Position numbers and translations under genes: made by a program | The notes under the pieces: model-generated | The model's database searches: none | The model's input: the letters and a program-made list of their open reading frames with translations, nothing else | What the model was told of the DNA's origin: nothing | Assembly (NCBI GenBank): GCA_016182235.1 | Contig: JACOXT010000005.1 | Coordinates: 677 to 64,676, forward strand | DNA: 64,000 bases | Direction of reading: 5' to 3' | From: Candidatus Levyibacteriota bacterium | Lineage (GTDB): Bacteria; Patescibacteriota; Microgenomatia; Levybacterales; UBA12049 | In this document: piece after piece, positions 27,359-37,161 of the stretch | Position numbering within the stretch: the first letter of the stretch is position 1 | Layout: each line of letters starts with the position of its first letter

Positions 27359-28150
27359 TTATATAGGAAATAGGAATCCCAGCATTATCTGCATGATTTG
27401 CTCTCCTAAAAATATAGTTAATAATGTCCCAAAAACTAAAAAGGGACCAAAAGGAATTTTTGTTCCGTGAAGTCTTTTTCTCTTCCATATAATTAGTATG
27501 CACCCGACAATGGCTCCTGTCAAGAACGATATGTACAAGGCAACAGCTATCTTTGGGAATCCCAAAACCAGCCCTAGAAGAAATGACAACTTCACATCGC
27601 CAAACCCCATCCCGCGACCTTTGGTTATCAGAAATAAGAACAAGAAGAAAAGAAAAGCCCCACCCCCGGAAAGCAAATGATTTAAGATTAAAGAATAATG
27701 ATTAAAGAATAGATATGGAAAAGAAACGAAGATCGAGGGAGCTACGATCGCGTCGGGAATTATCCCGTATTTCAAATCAGTAAAAAAAACCACAATTAAT
27801 GACGAGATAATAATAAAATAGTAAACCAAAGTAATATAATCCAAAATTCTTAATTCCTGATTCATGATTCTTGCTCCGAGAAAAACAAATACTAACACGA
27901 ACAAGATTCCCGTTGTTAACTCAACTACCGGATAATACAGAGATAGGGGAGTATGGCAATAGCGGCATTTGCCTCTTAGGATCAAGAACGAAAATAAAGG
28001 AATAAGATCATACCATGCTAAATCTTTCTTGCATTTATCGCAGTGAGATCTTCCTCCAAATACTCCTTCGCCTCTTGGCAATCTGTCAACCAACACATTC
28101 AAAAAACTCCCAATTGCAGTTCCAACTAAAAAGATAAAAATAATCTCCAC
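27359..28150 (-). CDS. pilD: Prepilin peptidase (A24)
   Basis: GSFLNV, RSHCDKC, GKCRYC, DLKYGIIPD, GMGFGDVKL, IPFGPFL; GTG 28150 follows a TG-G-TATTCT -10. Confidence 0.95.
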   Translation of the reverse strand: MEIIFIFLVGTAIGSFLNVLVDRLPRGEGVFGGRSHCDKCKKDLAWYDLIPLFSFLILRGKCRYCHTPLSLYYPVVELTTGILFVLVFVFLGARIMNQELRILDYITLVYYFIIISSLIVVFFTDLKYGIIPDAIVAPSIFVSFPYLFFNHYSLILNHLLSGGGAFLFFLFLFLITKGRGMGFGDVKLSFLLGLVLGFPKIAVALYISFLTGAIVGCILIIWKRKRLHGTKIPFGPFLVFGTLLTIFLGEQIMQIMLGFLFPI

Positions 28151-28187
28151 ATACTTAGAATACCATATTTCCTTACGAGTGATTTGA

Positions 28188-29035
28188 CAAGGTCCGACCT
28201 TGCTCTGTAATATATATCCTATGCCTGCCATAAATTCTGTCAAAATTTACGTTGAAAATGGCTATTATCACATTTACAATCGGGGAATTGATAAACGAGA
28301 AATTTTTATAGACCACAAGGATTATATGGTTTTGCTTAGTCTTTTGAAGCGATATCTTGTGCCTTGGGAAAATAGCAAGGTCCGACCTCGTTATAGGATA
28401 GATCTTCATGAAAAAATTCAGCTAATCTCATATTGTCTCATGCCCAACCATTTTCATCTTATGATGAAACAATTCACGAAAGACGCGATTACAGAATTTA
28501 TGCGAGCTTTAACCAATAGCTACGTACTATACTTTAACTCACGGTATGAACGAATTGGACCTCTTTTTCAAGGAAGATATAAGGCCGTTCTTATCGAAAA
28601 GGAGTCATACTTTCTTCATCTTACTCGCTATATTCACACAAATCCGCTGGATCTTGGCTTTACAAGGTCGGACCTTGCAAAGTATAGGTATTCGAGTTAC
28701 GGGGAATTTATTGGAGAAAGAAAGACAGAATGGATTCACTTTGGGGAAATATTAGATTATTTTAAAAGCAAACAAAAAATGAGCGAGCAAGATATACTTT
28801 CGTATCAAAGTTTCGTAGAAGACTCGATAGGGGATTCAAAAGAAATTCTTGAAACACTAAGTATTGATTGATTGTCCTGCAAGGTCGGACCTTGTATATG
28901 AGAGAATACAGCTTTCCTCTTGAAAACCCTAATTAGGCCCCTAATAAATCCATTACTTATTTATTGTACCATTATTTATAAGAGTCAGACTCCTTAGAAT
29001 TGTTTCTATTTCAAGCGCTGCAAGGTCGGACCTTG
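28188..29035. repeat. Five CAAGGTC(C/G)GACCT(T/C)G palindromes (REP-like) around and within the RAYT
   Basis: Copies at 28188-28202, 28376-28390, 28663-28677, 28880-28894, 29021-29035. Confidence 0.9.
28221..28871 (+). mobile_element. REP-associated tyrosine transposase (RAYT, Y1/HUH, IS200-like superfamily)
   Basis: YYHIYNRG, YCLMPNHFHL (HUH), LFQGRYKA, RYIHTNP, YRYSSY; flanked by palindromes. Confidence 0.92.
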
Positions 29036-29092
29036 TATATGAGAGAATACAGCTTTCCTCTTGGAAGCCTAATTAGGCCCCTAATAAATTCA
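28877..29092 (+). repeat. ~75-bp direct repeat pair, each copy starting with the REP palindrome
   Basis: 28877-28952 vs 29018-29092: CTGCAAGGTCGGACCTTGTATATGAGAGAATACAGCTTTCCTCTTG...CCTAATTAGGCCCCTAATAAAT. Confidence 0.9.
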
Positions 29093-29231
29093 AGAAAAAA
29101 ACAGGAGTCAACATGTCAAAAATTTAAATCAGCAGGTATCTAGGCTATTTCACCTTTCAGGTGGCAAAGACACAAATAAACAAACAACATTTGAGCCGAT
29201 TATAGAAACTTATTCTTAGAGGATATTAAAC

Positions 29232-29777
29232 CTACTGGACAGCATTACAAGCGACAGCAAAACCTGGATCTGCTGCAGTACACACTAAACATGTTGTGCC
29301 CCTGTTCGCAACCCATTGAAAGAACGGAATATTACCTGCTGAACATTTAGCAATCTCTGCTTGTGACTCCAATCTCACATATACTTGACCATTAGTACCA
29401 GGAGCAGCACCTGCGCGATTATAACAGTAACCATTTTCTACCGCCCCACCCGTACCAGCACAGAATCCAGCCGTCATTGTAGGATTAGCAGGAACAGTTT
29501 GGATCTCACCCGCGGCGATCAATTCAGTTGTAATCCAAGTACCAGCATCATTCGGATAAGCCGATTGCCTGGTTGTAAGATAAGCTTGCACAGCCCTTGC
29601 TAACTGTCCCACACTGTTTTTTCTTCCCGCGTCTCTTGCTCTTGCCAACTGCTGAACTGGATCAATTAGCACTAATACTCCTGCTGCGAGTACTCCCAAA
29701 ATTGCGATTACGATAAGAAGTTCTATTAATGTGAAGCCCTTTCTGGAAGATAATTTTCTAAATAAATTCGTTTTCAT
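29232..29777 (-). CDS. Type IV pilin, probably the major pilin
   Basis: KGFTLIELLIVIAILGVLAA, QLARARDAGRK; short leader, Ala/Gly-rich, follows pilC. Confidence 0.88.
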   Translation of the reverse strand: MKTNLFRKLSSRKGFTLIELLIVIAILGVLAAGVLVLIDPVQQLARARDAGRKNSVGQLARAVQAYLTTRQSAYPNDAGTWITTELIAAGEIQTVPANPTMTAGFCAGTGGAVENGYCYNRAGAAPGTNGQVYVRLESQAEIAKCSAGNIPFFQWVANRGTTCLVCTAADPGFAVACNAVQ

Positions 29778-29847
29778 TTTTTGAGTACTTATCTATTTAG
29801 ACATATTTTTTTTTACTTGTCAAGGGGGCAAAATGAAGCTGACTTTG

Positions 29848-31056
29848 CTATTGGATAGTATTTGTGAGTTGATAAATCGGCATTATGATAGAGAATACCA
29901 GAAACGCGACTCCAATACCCAAAGCTACCATAATGGCCGGTTCAAGGGCTGTTGTTAGTATTTTTACTGACTGGTCAACTTCGTTCTCGAAGTACTCCGA
30001 AGCCCTAACGAGTGTTTCATCGAGTTTCCCTGTTTGCTCTCCTATTTTGACGAGTTCCACAAGATTTTGCGGGAAAAGATTATAGATAGACATCGCATCC
30101 CCCATTGTTATGCCTTTTTCTATTCTCTTGGCGACATCCAAAACCGCATTTCTATAAAGAACATTTCCTGTGGCGTCCGATGCTTCTTTCAAAGATTCTA
30201 TAACAAGAGTGCCGGATCCCAGCATTGCCCCTAACGTTCTTGAAAATTCTGAAAGAATTGAGTTTTTTATAATTTTGCCAAAAATCGGCATTTTTAATAA
30301 GATGCCATCTATTACAATTTTGCCTTCCAATGTCCTATGCCAGCGCGTAAATAAATAAATGGAGATAATAATAATTCCCAAAACAATTGGCCAAAACATG
30401 ATAGTCCAATTTGAAAGAGTTATTAGTATTAGAGTAGGAAGAGGAAGTTCAACATTTAAGTTTTCATAAAGGCTCGAGAGCTGAGGAATTACAAAAATCA
30501 TCATAATAAAAGTTACAGCAATCATCATAGTAACAACTATAACAGGGTAGGCGAGTGCTGCCTTTATAGTCCCCTTAAGTTTCTGCTGTTTTTCCAGTGT
30601 ATCGGCAAGTCTGAGGAGCGCTTTGTCTAAAAGCCCCGAACTTTCTGATGCTCTTATTAGCGACACGTAGACTGGGGAGAAAATCTGCGGATACTTGGAT
30701 AAAGCCATAGAAAGACTCTTGCCTTCCTCAATGTCCGCTGTCATACTTTCTAAAACTTCTTTTAGAGCGTCGTTATTTACTTGATTTTTAATAATCTCCA
30801 AAGATCTGATAAGTGTAATCCCGGATGTAAGCATGGACGACAAATGCCTCGTAAATGCCACAATGTCTTTTGATTTAACGCGGCTTGAAAATATAGGAAT
30901 AAAATCCGATAATTTAGTTCCTTCTTGCCTTGATATTGTAATCGGAATAAAATCCTTGCTTCGAAGATATCCCGCCGCTTCTTTTTCGTCCCGCGCTTCA
31001 ATTAGTCCGTTTAGGAATTTGCCATCTCTGGTTACTGCCTTGTAATAAAGCGTCAT
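29848..31056 (-). CDS. pilC: Type IV pilus platform protein PilC (GspF family)
   Basis: FTRHLSSML.SG, E.SG.LD..L..LA, IGEQTGKLD, LEP; start ATG 31056 (upstream extension is repeat-derived). Confidence 0.93.
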   Translation of the reverse strand: MTLYYKAVTRDGKFLNGLIEARDEKEAAGYLRSKDFIPITISRQEGTKLSDFIPIFSSRVKSKDIVAFTRHLSSMLTSGITLIRSLEIIKNQVNNDALKEVLESMTADIEEGKSLSMALSKYPQIFSPVYVSLIRASESSGLLDKALLRLADTLEKQQKLKGTIKAALAYPVIVVTMMIAVTFIMMIFVIPQLSSLYENLNVELPLPTLILITLSNWTIMFWPIVLGIIIISIYLFTRWHRTLEGKIVIDGILLKMPIFGKIIKNSILSEFSRTLGAMLGSGTLVIESLKEASDATGNVLYRNAVLDVAKRIEKGITMGDAMSIYNLFPQNLVELVKIGEQTGKLDETLVRASEYFENEVDQSVKILTTALEPAIMVALGIGVAFLVFSIIMPIYQLTNTIQ

Positions 31057-31074
31057 AAGTAATATTGCACATAC

Positions 31075-31148
31075 CGTCATTCTGGCTTGCCCAGAATCTC
31101 TCAGTGTCATGGGGATTCTGGATGCGCCTTCGGCTTACCAGAATGACG
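31075..31148. repeat. 74-nt palindromic REP-like element between pilT and pilC
   Basis: CGTCATTCTGG...CCAGAATGACG outer stem; CCAGAATCTC/GGGATTCTGG inner stem. Confidence 0.85.
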
Positions 31149-31165
31149 AGAAAATCATAGTAGTT

Positions 31166-32233
31166 TTATTTAACCAATCTCAGAAAATCTTCCTGATGCA
31201 AAGAATAACTTTTTCCAACTTCCAAAGATATACTTCCGGACAATACTAGAGCCGATAATGAAGAATCCAGAGTAATCATTCCTTTGTCTTTGGATGTCTG
31301 TATAACCGAGTCTATAAGGTGTGTTTTTCCCTCCCTTACTATACTTGCCACAGCAGGCGTGCCAAGAAGAACCTCAACTGCCGGAACTCTTCCTCCATTT
31401 ATCATTGGCAGCAAACGCTGACTAACTATTCCTTTAAGAGTGGCCGCCAGCTGAATTTTTATCTGGGACTGCTGACTGGCTGGAAAACTATCTATTATTC
31501 TATCTATACTCTGAGAGGCCGAGTTCGTATGAAGACTTGAAAATACCAGATGACCTGTTTCAGCGATAGTAATAACAGTTGCCATTGTTTCAGGGTCCCT
31601 CATTTCTCCTACCAAAACCACATCCGGATCCTCCCTTAAAGCGGATCTTAGAGCAAAGTCCCAGGAATGAGTATCTTGATTCATTTCTCTTTGGGAGATT
31701 ATGCTTTTCCCGTTTGGATACACATATTCTATAGGGTCTTCTATAGTTAAAATATGAACCGCTCTATTAAGATTGATTTCGTTAATTATTGAGGCAATAG
31801 TTGTTGATTTTCCATGACCCGTCGGGCCTGTAACCAAGATTAGTCCTTGCTTCAACTCCGAGAAAGAGTGGAGAATGTTGGGCATATGGAGGTCTTCTAT
31901 TGTTAGAATAGACGGGGGGAACAAACGAAACGCGCCGGATATATATCTCCTTTGATAATATAAATTAGCTCGGAACCTTCCCAAATTGCCATATGCTCCT
32001 CCGCCAAAACCAAAGGAAAAATCCAATTCCTTATTGGCAAGTAGAAGCTCCTTTTGAGATGGGGTTAAAAGCGAAAAAACCATTATCTCAATGCTCTGAG
32101 GAGTCAGCGGAGCATGACCCGCCACATATTCAAGTGCGCCATCTACCCTGATGGTTGGAGGGATTCCAGCCAAAAGATGTAGGTCCGACGCGCCTCTTTT
32201 AATTGTTACCTTCAAAAGTTCCTGTATTTCCAT
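31166..32233 (-). CDS. pilT: Type IV pilus retraction ATPase PilT
   Basis: ASDLHL, VTGPTGHGKSTT, TIEDPIEY, SALREDPDV..VGEMRD, AETGHLV. Confidence 0.95.
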   Translation of the reverse strand: MEIQELLKVTIKRGASDLHLLAGIPPTIRVDGALEYVAGHAPLTPQSIEIMVFSLLTPSQKELLLANKELDFSFGFGGGAYGNLGRFRANLYYQRRYISGAFRLFPPSILTIEDLHMPNILHSFSELKQGLILVTGPTGHGKSTTIASIINEINLNRAVHILTIEDPIEYVYPNGKSIISQREMNQDTHSWDFALRSALREDPDVVLVGEMRDPETMATVITIAETGHLVFSSLHTNSASQSIDRIIDSFPASQQSQIKIQLAATLKGIVSQRLLPMINGGRVPAVEVLLGTPAVASIVREGKTHLIDSVIQTSKDKGMITLDSSLSALVLSGSISLEVGKSYSLHQEDFLRLVK

Positions 32234-32251
32234 AATCGCTCCCTTCGGTCG

Positions 32252-33997
32252 CTATTCCTGCGCGACTCTTAATACCTCCTCAACAGTTGTAATTCCTTTC
32301 AAAACCTTTAGATAGCCGTCTTGCTTCATTGTAATCATACCTTCCAAAACTCCCTCCTTCTCTATAGTACCACTATCCGCACTCTGAAGTATAAGATTTG
32401 AAATTTTTTGTGTAACAGGAAGGGTTTCAAAAATTCCAACTCTGCCTATATATCCGGATAATGCGCACTTATCACAACCTTTACCTTTATAGAACTTGAC
32501 CTCACTTTTTGATGTTGGAAAAAGCGGTCCTAATACTCTTTTCATCTCTTCGACAATCTGAGGTAAAGGTGTCTGCTCTTGCAAACAATTCTTACAAATC
32601 TTACGAGCTATTCTTTGCCCTACTATCGCATTCACTGTTGAGGCAAGCAAAAAATTCTCAGCGTCCAAATCCAAAAGACGGGGAAGCGCATTTGACGCGT
32701 TTGAAGTATGGAGGGTTGAAAAAACCAAATGCCCTGTTAGCGCCGCCTGAAGGGCAAGATCTGTCGTTTCCTTGTCTCTTATTTCTCCAACCAGAATTAT
32801 ATTTGGGTCTTGACGAAGAAATGCCCTAAGCCCCGTGGCGAAGGTCAAGCCGACTCCCGGATTTATCGCGACCTGATTAATGCCTGGTATTTCGTATTCA
32901 ACAGGATCTTCAAGCGACATGATGTTGACGCGCGTAGTATTAAGTTTGGTCAAAATTGAATAGAGAGTAGTTGTCTTACCGCTTCCTGTTGGTCCGCAGA
33001 CAATAATAATTCCATGCGGCCTTAATATCGCGGTCTCCAGGCTTCGAAGGCTAGTACCATTAAGCCCCAATTCTCCAAGGCTCGGCACTCCTCCTGACTT
33101 TCGAAGCAGTCTCATAACTATTTTCTCACCATGGGTAGTGAGAAGCACTGATATACGAAGATCAACTTCTTGCTTTTCCACCGTGAAATTAAATCTGCCG
33201 TCTTGGGGAATTCGATGCTCATCAATTTTCATTTCTGAAAGAATTTTTATTCTGGAGATCACTCCTTCCTGAACATTTTTAGGCAAACTCAGTCTGTCAT
33301 ACAAAATTCCATCAATTCTAAATCTGACTCTTACCCTATCTTCCTGAGGCTCTATGTGAACATCTGAAGCACGGCTGGACACTGCGTACTCCAAAATAGT
33401 CGACACGATATTCGCGATAGGAGCTTCTTTAATAATGTCTTTTATCTCCTTGCTGTCAATCGTCCGAGTCTTAGTAAGCTCCTCCGTCTCTTTCAAAGCT
33501 TTGCCGACTTCTCCGACTATTTCCTGACGGTATTGCTGCTCAATAGCTTTAGTTACGTCTTCCTTGGATACGGCAAAAGATTTTATCGCAAGACCAGTTT
33601 TTTGGGCGACGAACTGAAGCGCTTCTAGATCGGAAGGTTCGCTCATCGCGATTGAGAGAGTTTTTGTCTTTTCATCATACATAAATGGAATTAACGAAAA
33701 TCTCTCAGCGACTGCTCGAGAAATAAGACTTAAGGCCTGCGGGGCAAAAGAAGTTGCCTCAAGGGAGATAAAAGGCACCCCAATAATTTTTGCCTTGACT
33801 TCGGCAAGCTTTTTCGCTGGAACCAAATTTAAGTTTTTTATAACAGTCTCCTGCGATACTCCCTGGCTTGCGCTTTTCACTTTTATCTCGTCGTACTGTT
33901 CTTTCGTTACTAAATTCGAAGAAAACAAAATGTCCAAAAGCGTTTTTTTCTCTCCAAGAGTCGGCGGATTCAAATCTGAGTTAGGCATTACTTTCAT
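32252..33997 (-). CDS. pilB: Type IV pilus assembly ATPase PilB (GspE family)
   Basis: ASDVHIEP, PQDGRF, GPTGSGKTTTLY, LRQDPN, C..C zinc motifs. Confidence 0.95.
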   Translation of the reverse strand: MKVMPNSDLNPPTLGEKKTLLDILFSSNLVTKEQYDEIKVKSASQGVSQETVIKNLNLVPAKKLAEVKAKIIGVPFISLEATSFAPQALSLISRAVAERFSLIPFMYDEKTKTLSIAMSEPSDLEALQFVAQKTGLAIKSFAVSKEDVTKAIEQQYRQEIVGEVGKALKETEELTKTRTIDSKEIKDIIKEAPIANIVSTILEYAVSSRASDVHIEPQEDRVRVRFRIDGILYDRLSLPKNVQEGVISRIKILSEMKIDEHRIPQDGRFNFTVEKQEVDLRISVLLTTHGEKIVMRLLRKSGGVPSLGELGLNGTSLRSLETAILRPHGIIIVCGPTGSGKTTTLYSILTKLNTTRVNIMSLEDPVEYEIPGINQVAINPGVGLTFATGLRAFLRQDPNIILVGEIRDKETTDLALQAALTGHLVFSTLHTSNASNALPRLLDLDAENFLLASTVNAIVGQRIARKICKNCLQEQTPLPQIVEEMKRVLGPLFPTSKSEVKFYKGKGCDKCALSGYIGRVGIFETLPVTQKISNLILQSADSGTIEKEGVLEGMITMKQDGYLKVLKGITTVEEVLRVAQE

Positions 33998-34026
33998 AAT
34001 AGGTAAAACTCCGATATAATGTCAAC

Positions 34027-34686
34027 ATGCAAAGCATTTTATTAATATCGGAAAGTAGAAAAAAAGCCGAAGAATATGTAGCCAAACTTTTGATTCATGA
34101 AAAAATTGATCCTATAGATATCAGTACCAATTCTTTTGAAAAAGCACTTGGAATCGAAGACGTGAGAAATATTCAGAAAAAAATCTTTTTAAAACCTCTT
34201 CGAAGTAAATCTAAAGCTGTTGTCTTCGAAGTCTATGAGGGAATAACTACTGAATCCCAAAACGCACTATTGAAAATCCTTGAAGAGCCGCCAAAAAACA
34301 CTACTATAATAATTGTAGCAAATAAAATCACTCTGTTTCTGCCAACTATTCTCTCTAGATGCAAAATTATTGTGCTTAAGGAAAATAATATCCAACTTTC
34401 TAAAGAAGATGCGTCTCTGTATCTTAATATTTTAAAATCTTTAGAGATTGGCGGGGTAGGGGAAAGACTAAAAATAGCTCAGGATCTCACTAAGAACAGC
34501 GAAAATGTGATTCCCTGGCTTGAAAAAATGACTCTTGTTGTTAGACAAGAATTGATTGAAAATTATAACGATCCCAGATATTTAAACCTCTTAAAACAAT
34601 TCCAAAACACCTTTGAAGTTATTAAAAATACAAATGTCAATAAGAGGATTGCCTTAGAAAATCTTTTTCTTTCTCTGTGGGAATAA
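34027..34686 (+). CDS. holB: DNA polymerase III delta'-like subunit (short)
   Basis: IEDVRNI, QNALLKILEEPP, LPTILSRC. Confidence 0.8.
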   Translation: MQSILLISESRKKAEEYVAKLLIHEKIDPIDISTNSFEKALGIEDVRNIQKKIFLKPLRSKSKAVVFEVYEGITTESQNALLKILEEPPKNTTIIIVANKITLFLPTILSRCKIIVLKENNIQLSKEDASLYLNILKSLEIGGVGERLKIAQDLTKNSENVIPWLEKMTLVVRQELIENYNDPRYLNLLKQFQNTFEVIKNTNVNKRIALENLFLSLWE

Positions 34687-34690
34687 ACTT

Positions 34691-35071
34691 TTATAGGGCG
34701 CTCTCTAACCAAGTGGCTTTTGGCAAATAATCAAATATTTCGGCACGCACAAATATCTCAACTGAGTTTCCCCCAATTCCGTCAATTTTATCTAAAACAA
34801 GTTCTCTACGCTCAAGAATCTCTCTCCAATTAGAAGGTAAGCCTGATAATGATAAGCTAGAAATCCCATATTTTACATCAAGTTTAACTCTGGCTCTGCC
34901 CGAAGCAACATCCTCTACAGTTAGGTAATGAATCCAATTTTTACCATTTAACGTCATCCCAATTATTTCTTTACCGCCTGGAGATTTAGTAATGCCAATT
35001 ACTGCTTTATTCAACTTGCTAGGCAATTTCTCAAACAATCTATTTTTTCCTGACTCCTTCATGGCAAACAT
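34691..35071 (-). CDS. Hypothetical protein
   Basis: ORF with TATAAT 7 nt before an alternative ATG (35062). Confidence 0.55.
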   Translation of the reverse strand: MFAMKESGKNRLFEKLPSKLNKAVIGITKSPGGKEIIGMTLNGKNWIHYLTVEDVASGRARVKLDVKYGISSLSLSGLPSNWREILERRELVLDKIDGIGGNSVEIFVRAEIFDYLPKATWLESAL

Positions 35072-35180
35072 TATACTAAAAAAAGTCCAAGAATATCAAC
35101 ATGCTATAGGATAAAATGTTCATGATTTTTATAGAATATTGCACCTATACCTGCTAAAATATATATGTTGATAACCTATT

Positions 35181-36433
35181 GTGATAAGTAAACTCAAAAA
35201 ATTACTTTATTTTCCAGTTGCCCAATATTTTAGATTTTTTGCAAACATACAACTTGGGAAGTGGAAGCCAAGGATAATTGTTATAACAGGATCAAGCGGG
35301 AAGACAACTTTACTTCATCTTATCGAATCTCAAATTGGGGAAGAAGCTCGCTATTCTCATAACGCAAACAGCAGCTTCGGAATTCCATTTGATATCTTGG
35401 GATTAAAGCGTACAAAATTAACGCTTGATGAATGGCCATATCTTTTTCTGAAAGCTCCGTTTAGAGCTTTCAAGAAATCTTACAAAGAAAAACTTTATGT
35501 TGTTGAGGCAGATTGCGATAGACCAAATGAAGGTAAATTCTTGGCAAGCTTACTAAAACCAGAGGTTACGCTTTTGACAAACGTGGGAAGAACACATAGT
35601 CAAAATTTCGACTATCTTGTGGCAAATAAAAAATTCTCTTCAGTTGAGGAGGCGATTGCTCATGAGTTTGGTTATTTTCTAGAACACACGTCTGATTTAG
35701 TAATTTTAAATTCCGACAATGAATTGATAAGAAAAGAGTCCCACAGATCAAAAGTAAAAATTAAACATGTTAGCCTAACGAACTTAGCCAGTTATAAAGT
35801 GTCCAATGACCATACAGAGCTTAAAATTAATACTAAAGATTATTTGATTAAAGCATTGCTTCCAAAAGAAGCATCAATCTCTATTCAAATGACTCTTGAT
35901 TTACTTGAATTTCTAAGAATCAAGCTTGATTTTTCTTTCTCAAAGTTTAGCCTTCCACCTGGAAGGTGTAGCCTCATGAAAGGGGTTCGGGATACTACTA
36001 TAATAGATAGCTCTTACAATGCGACACCGGATGGGGTAAAGTCTATTCTCTCGATGTTTGATAAATATCCAAGCAATGGCTGGTTTTGGGAGATATGATT
36101 GAGCTTGGAGAGGAAGAAAAAGAAGAGCATGAGAAACTCGCCGACGTAATCGCAACAATGAGTTTAGAAAAAATTGTACTAGTTGGCCCAAGGGTATCAA
36201 AATACACGTATCCCAAATTAAAACAGATGGGAACATTGGAAAAGTTTCTTATGCCAAAAGATGCCTTAAATTATTTATTAAACAAGTTAGAGGGCGGGGA
36301 AACAATACTTTTCAAAGGTGCAAGGTTTTTGGAAGGGATTATAGAACATCTGCTCGCAAACAAAAATGATATTGAGAAATTATGCAGACGAGAAAAAATC
36401 TGGCAAGAAAGGAGAGAAAAGTGGGGACTATGA
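35181..36433 (+). pseudogene. MurF-like Mur ligase split by a frameshift near 36075 (real or assembly error)
   Basis: ITGSSGKTT, PPGR, IIDSSYNA in ORF 35181-36098; LGDMIELG, FKGAR in overlapping ORF 36086-36433. Confidence 0.8.
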
Positions 36434-36447
36434 TAGAATTCTGAAGT

Positions 36448-37143
36448 ATGAAGTTTGAAGTATATATATTACCTGGCTGGGCCTACTCAATAGAGAAATG
36501 GGAACCTTTTGTCCGCTTATTAAAACAAAAAGGGGTTGAAGTAAATCTTCTCAAAATTCCCGGCTTAACTGAAAAACTCGATAAAGTTTGGAATGTTAAT
36601 GATTATGTTGAATGGTTGAGAAAAAAAACTAACAATAAAATAATTCTCATCGGTCATTCAAATGGCGGGCGAATCGCTCTTAATTTTGTAGCAAAATATC
36701 CAAATCTGGTTCCGAACTTAGTTTTAATAGACAGCGCTGGGATTTATCATGATGATCTAGCTATTCGGCTGAAGCGGCTGATTTTTAAAAGCATTGCAAA
36801 AACTGCCAAAAAAATAACCAACACTCAAAAGCTTAAAGATTTCTTATATAAAATAGTAGGGGAGAACGATTACAGAAATGCAACTCAAAATATGAAACAA
36901 ACTATGCTTAATCTTATTAATTCCGATAAACTCCTAAGCTTTGGTAATATCACAACGCCAACTTTAATTATCTGGGGGAAAAACGATAAAATTACTCGTC
37001 TCTCTGACGCAAAACTCATAAATAAGCTAATTAAAAATTCAACGCTTCATATCATAGATGGCGCAAGACACTCGCCCCAGTTTACAAATCCGGTTGAGGT
37101 AGTCAACACTATAGTCAAAGAAATTAACAATAAAACAATCTAA
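36448..37143 (+). CDS. Alpha/beta hydrolase
   Basis: GHSNGG nucleophile elbow, TLIIWGKND, ARH. Confidence 0.9.
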   Translation: MKFEVYILPGWAYSIEKWEPFVRLLKQKGVEVNLLKIPGLTEKLDKVWNVNDYVEWLRKKTNNKIILIGHSNGGRIALNFVAKYPNLVPNLVLIDSAGIYHDDLAIRLKRLIFKSIAKTAKKITNTQKLKDFLYKIVGENDYRNATQNMKQTMLNLINSDKLLSFGNITTPTLIIWGKNDKITRLSDAKLINKLIKNSTLHIIDGARHSPQFTNPVEVVNTIVKEINNKTI

Positions 37144-37161
37144 CAATATAACAATTACTCT

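Noticed and set aside
28877..29092. Possible CRISPR array
   Set aside because: Only two ~75-bp units, no repeat-spacer periodicity and no cas genes; better explained as RAYT-linked repeats
31057..31110. N-terminal extensions in the ORF track (pilC; likewise purH, gyrA, pyrB, pilD and pilin 27503)
   Set aside because: They run through repeats, promoters or neighbouring genes; downstream starts fit family N-termini better
32181..32189. AGGTCCGAC partial match to the RAYT palindrome in pilT
   Set aside because: Not palindromic and encodes part of the conserved ASDLHL motif
35956..35968. CACCTGGAAGGTG resembling the folD/carA element arm
   Set aside because: Encodes the conserved Mur-ligase PGR motif, so likely coincidental
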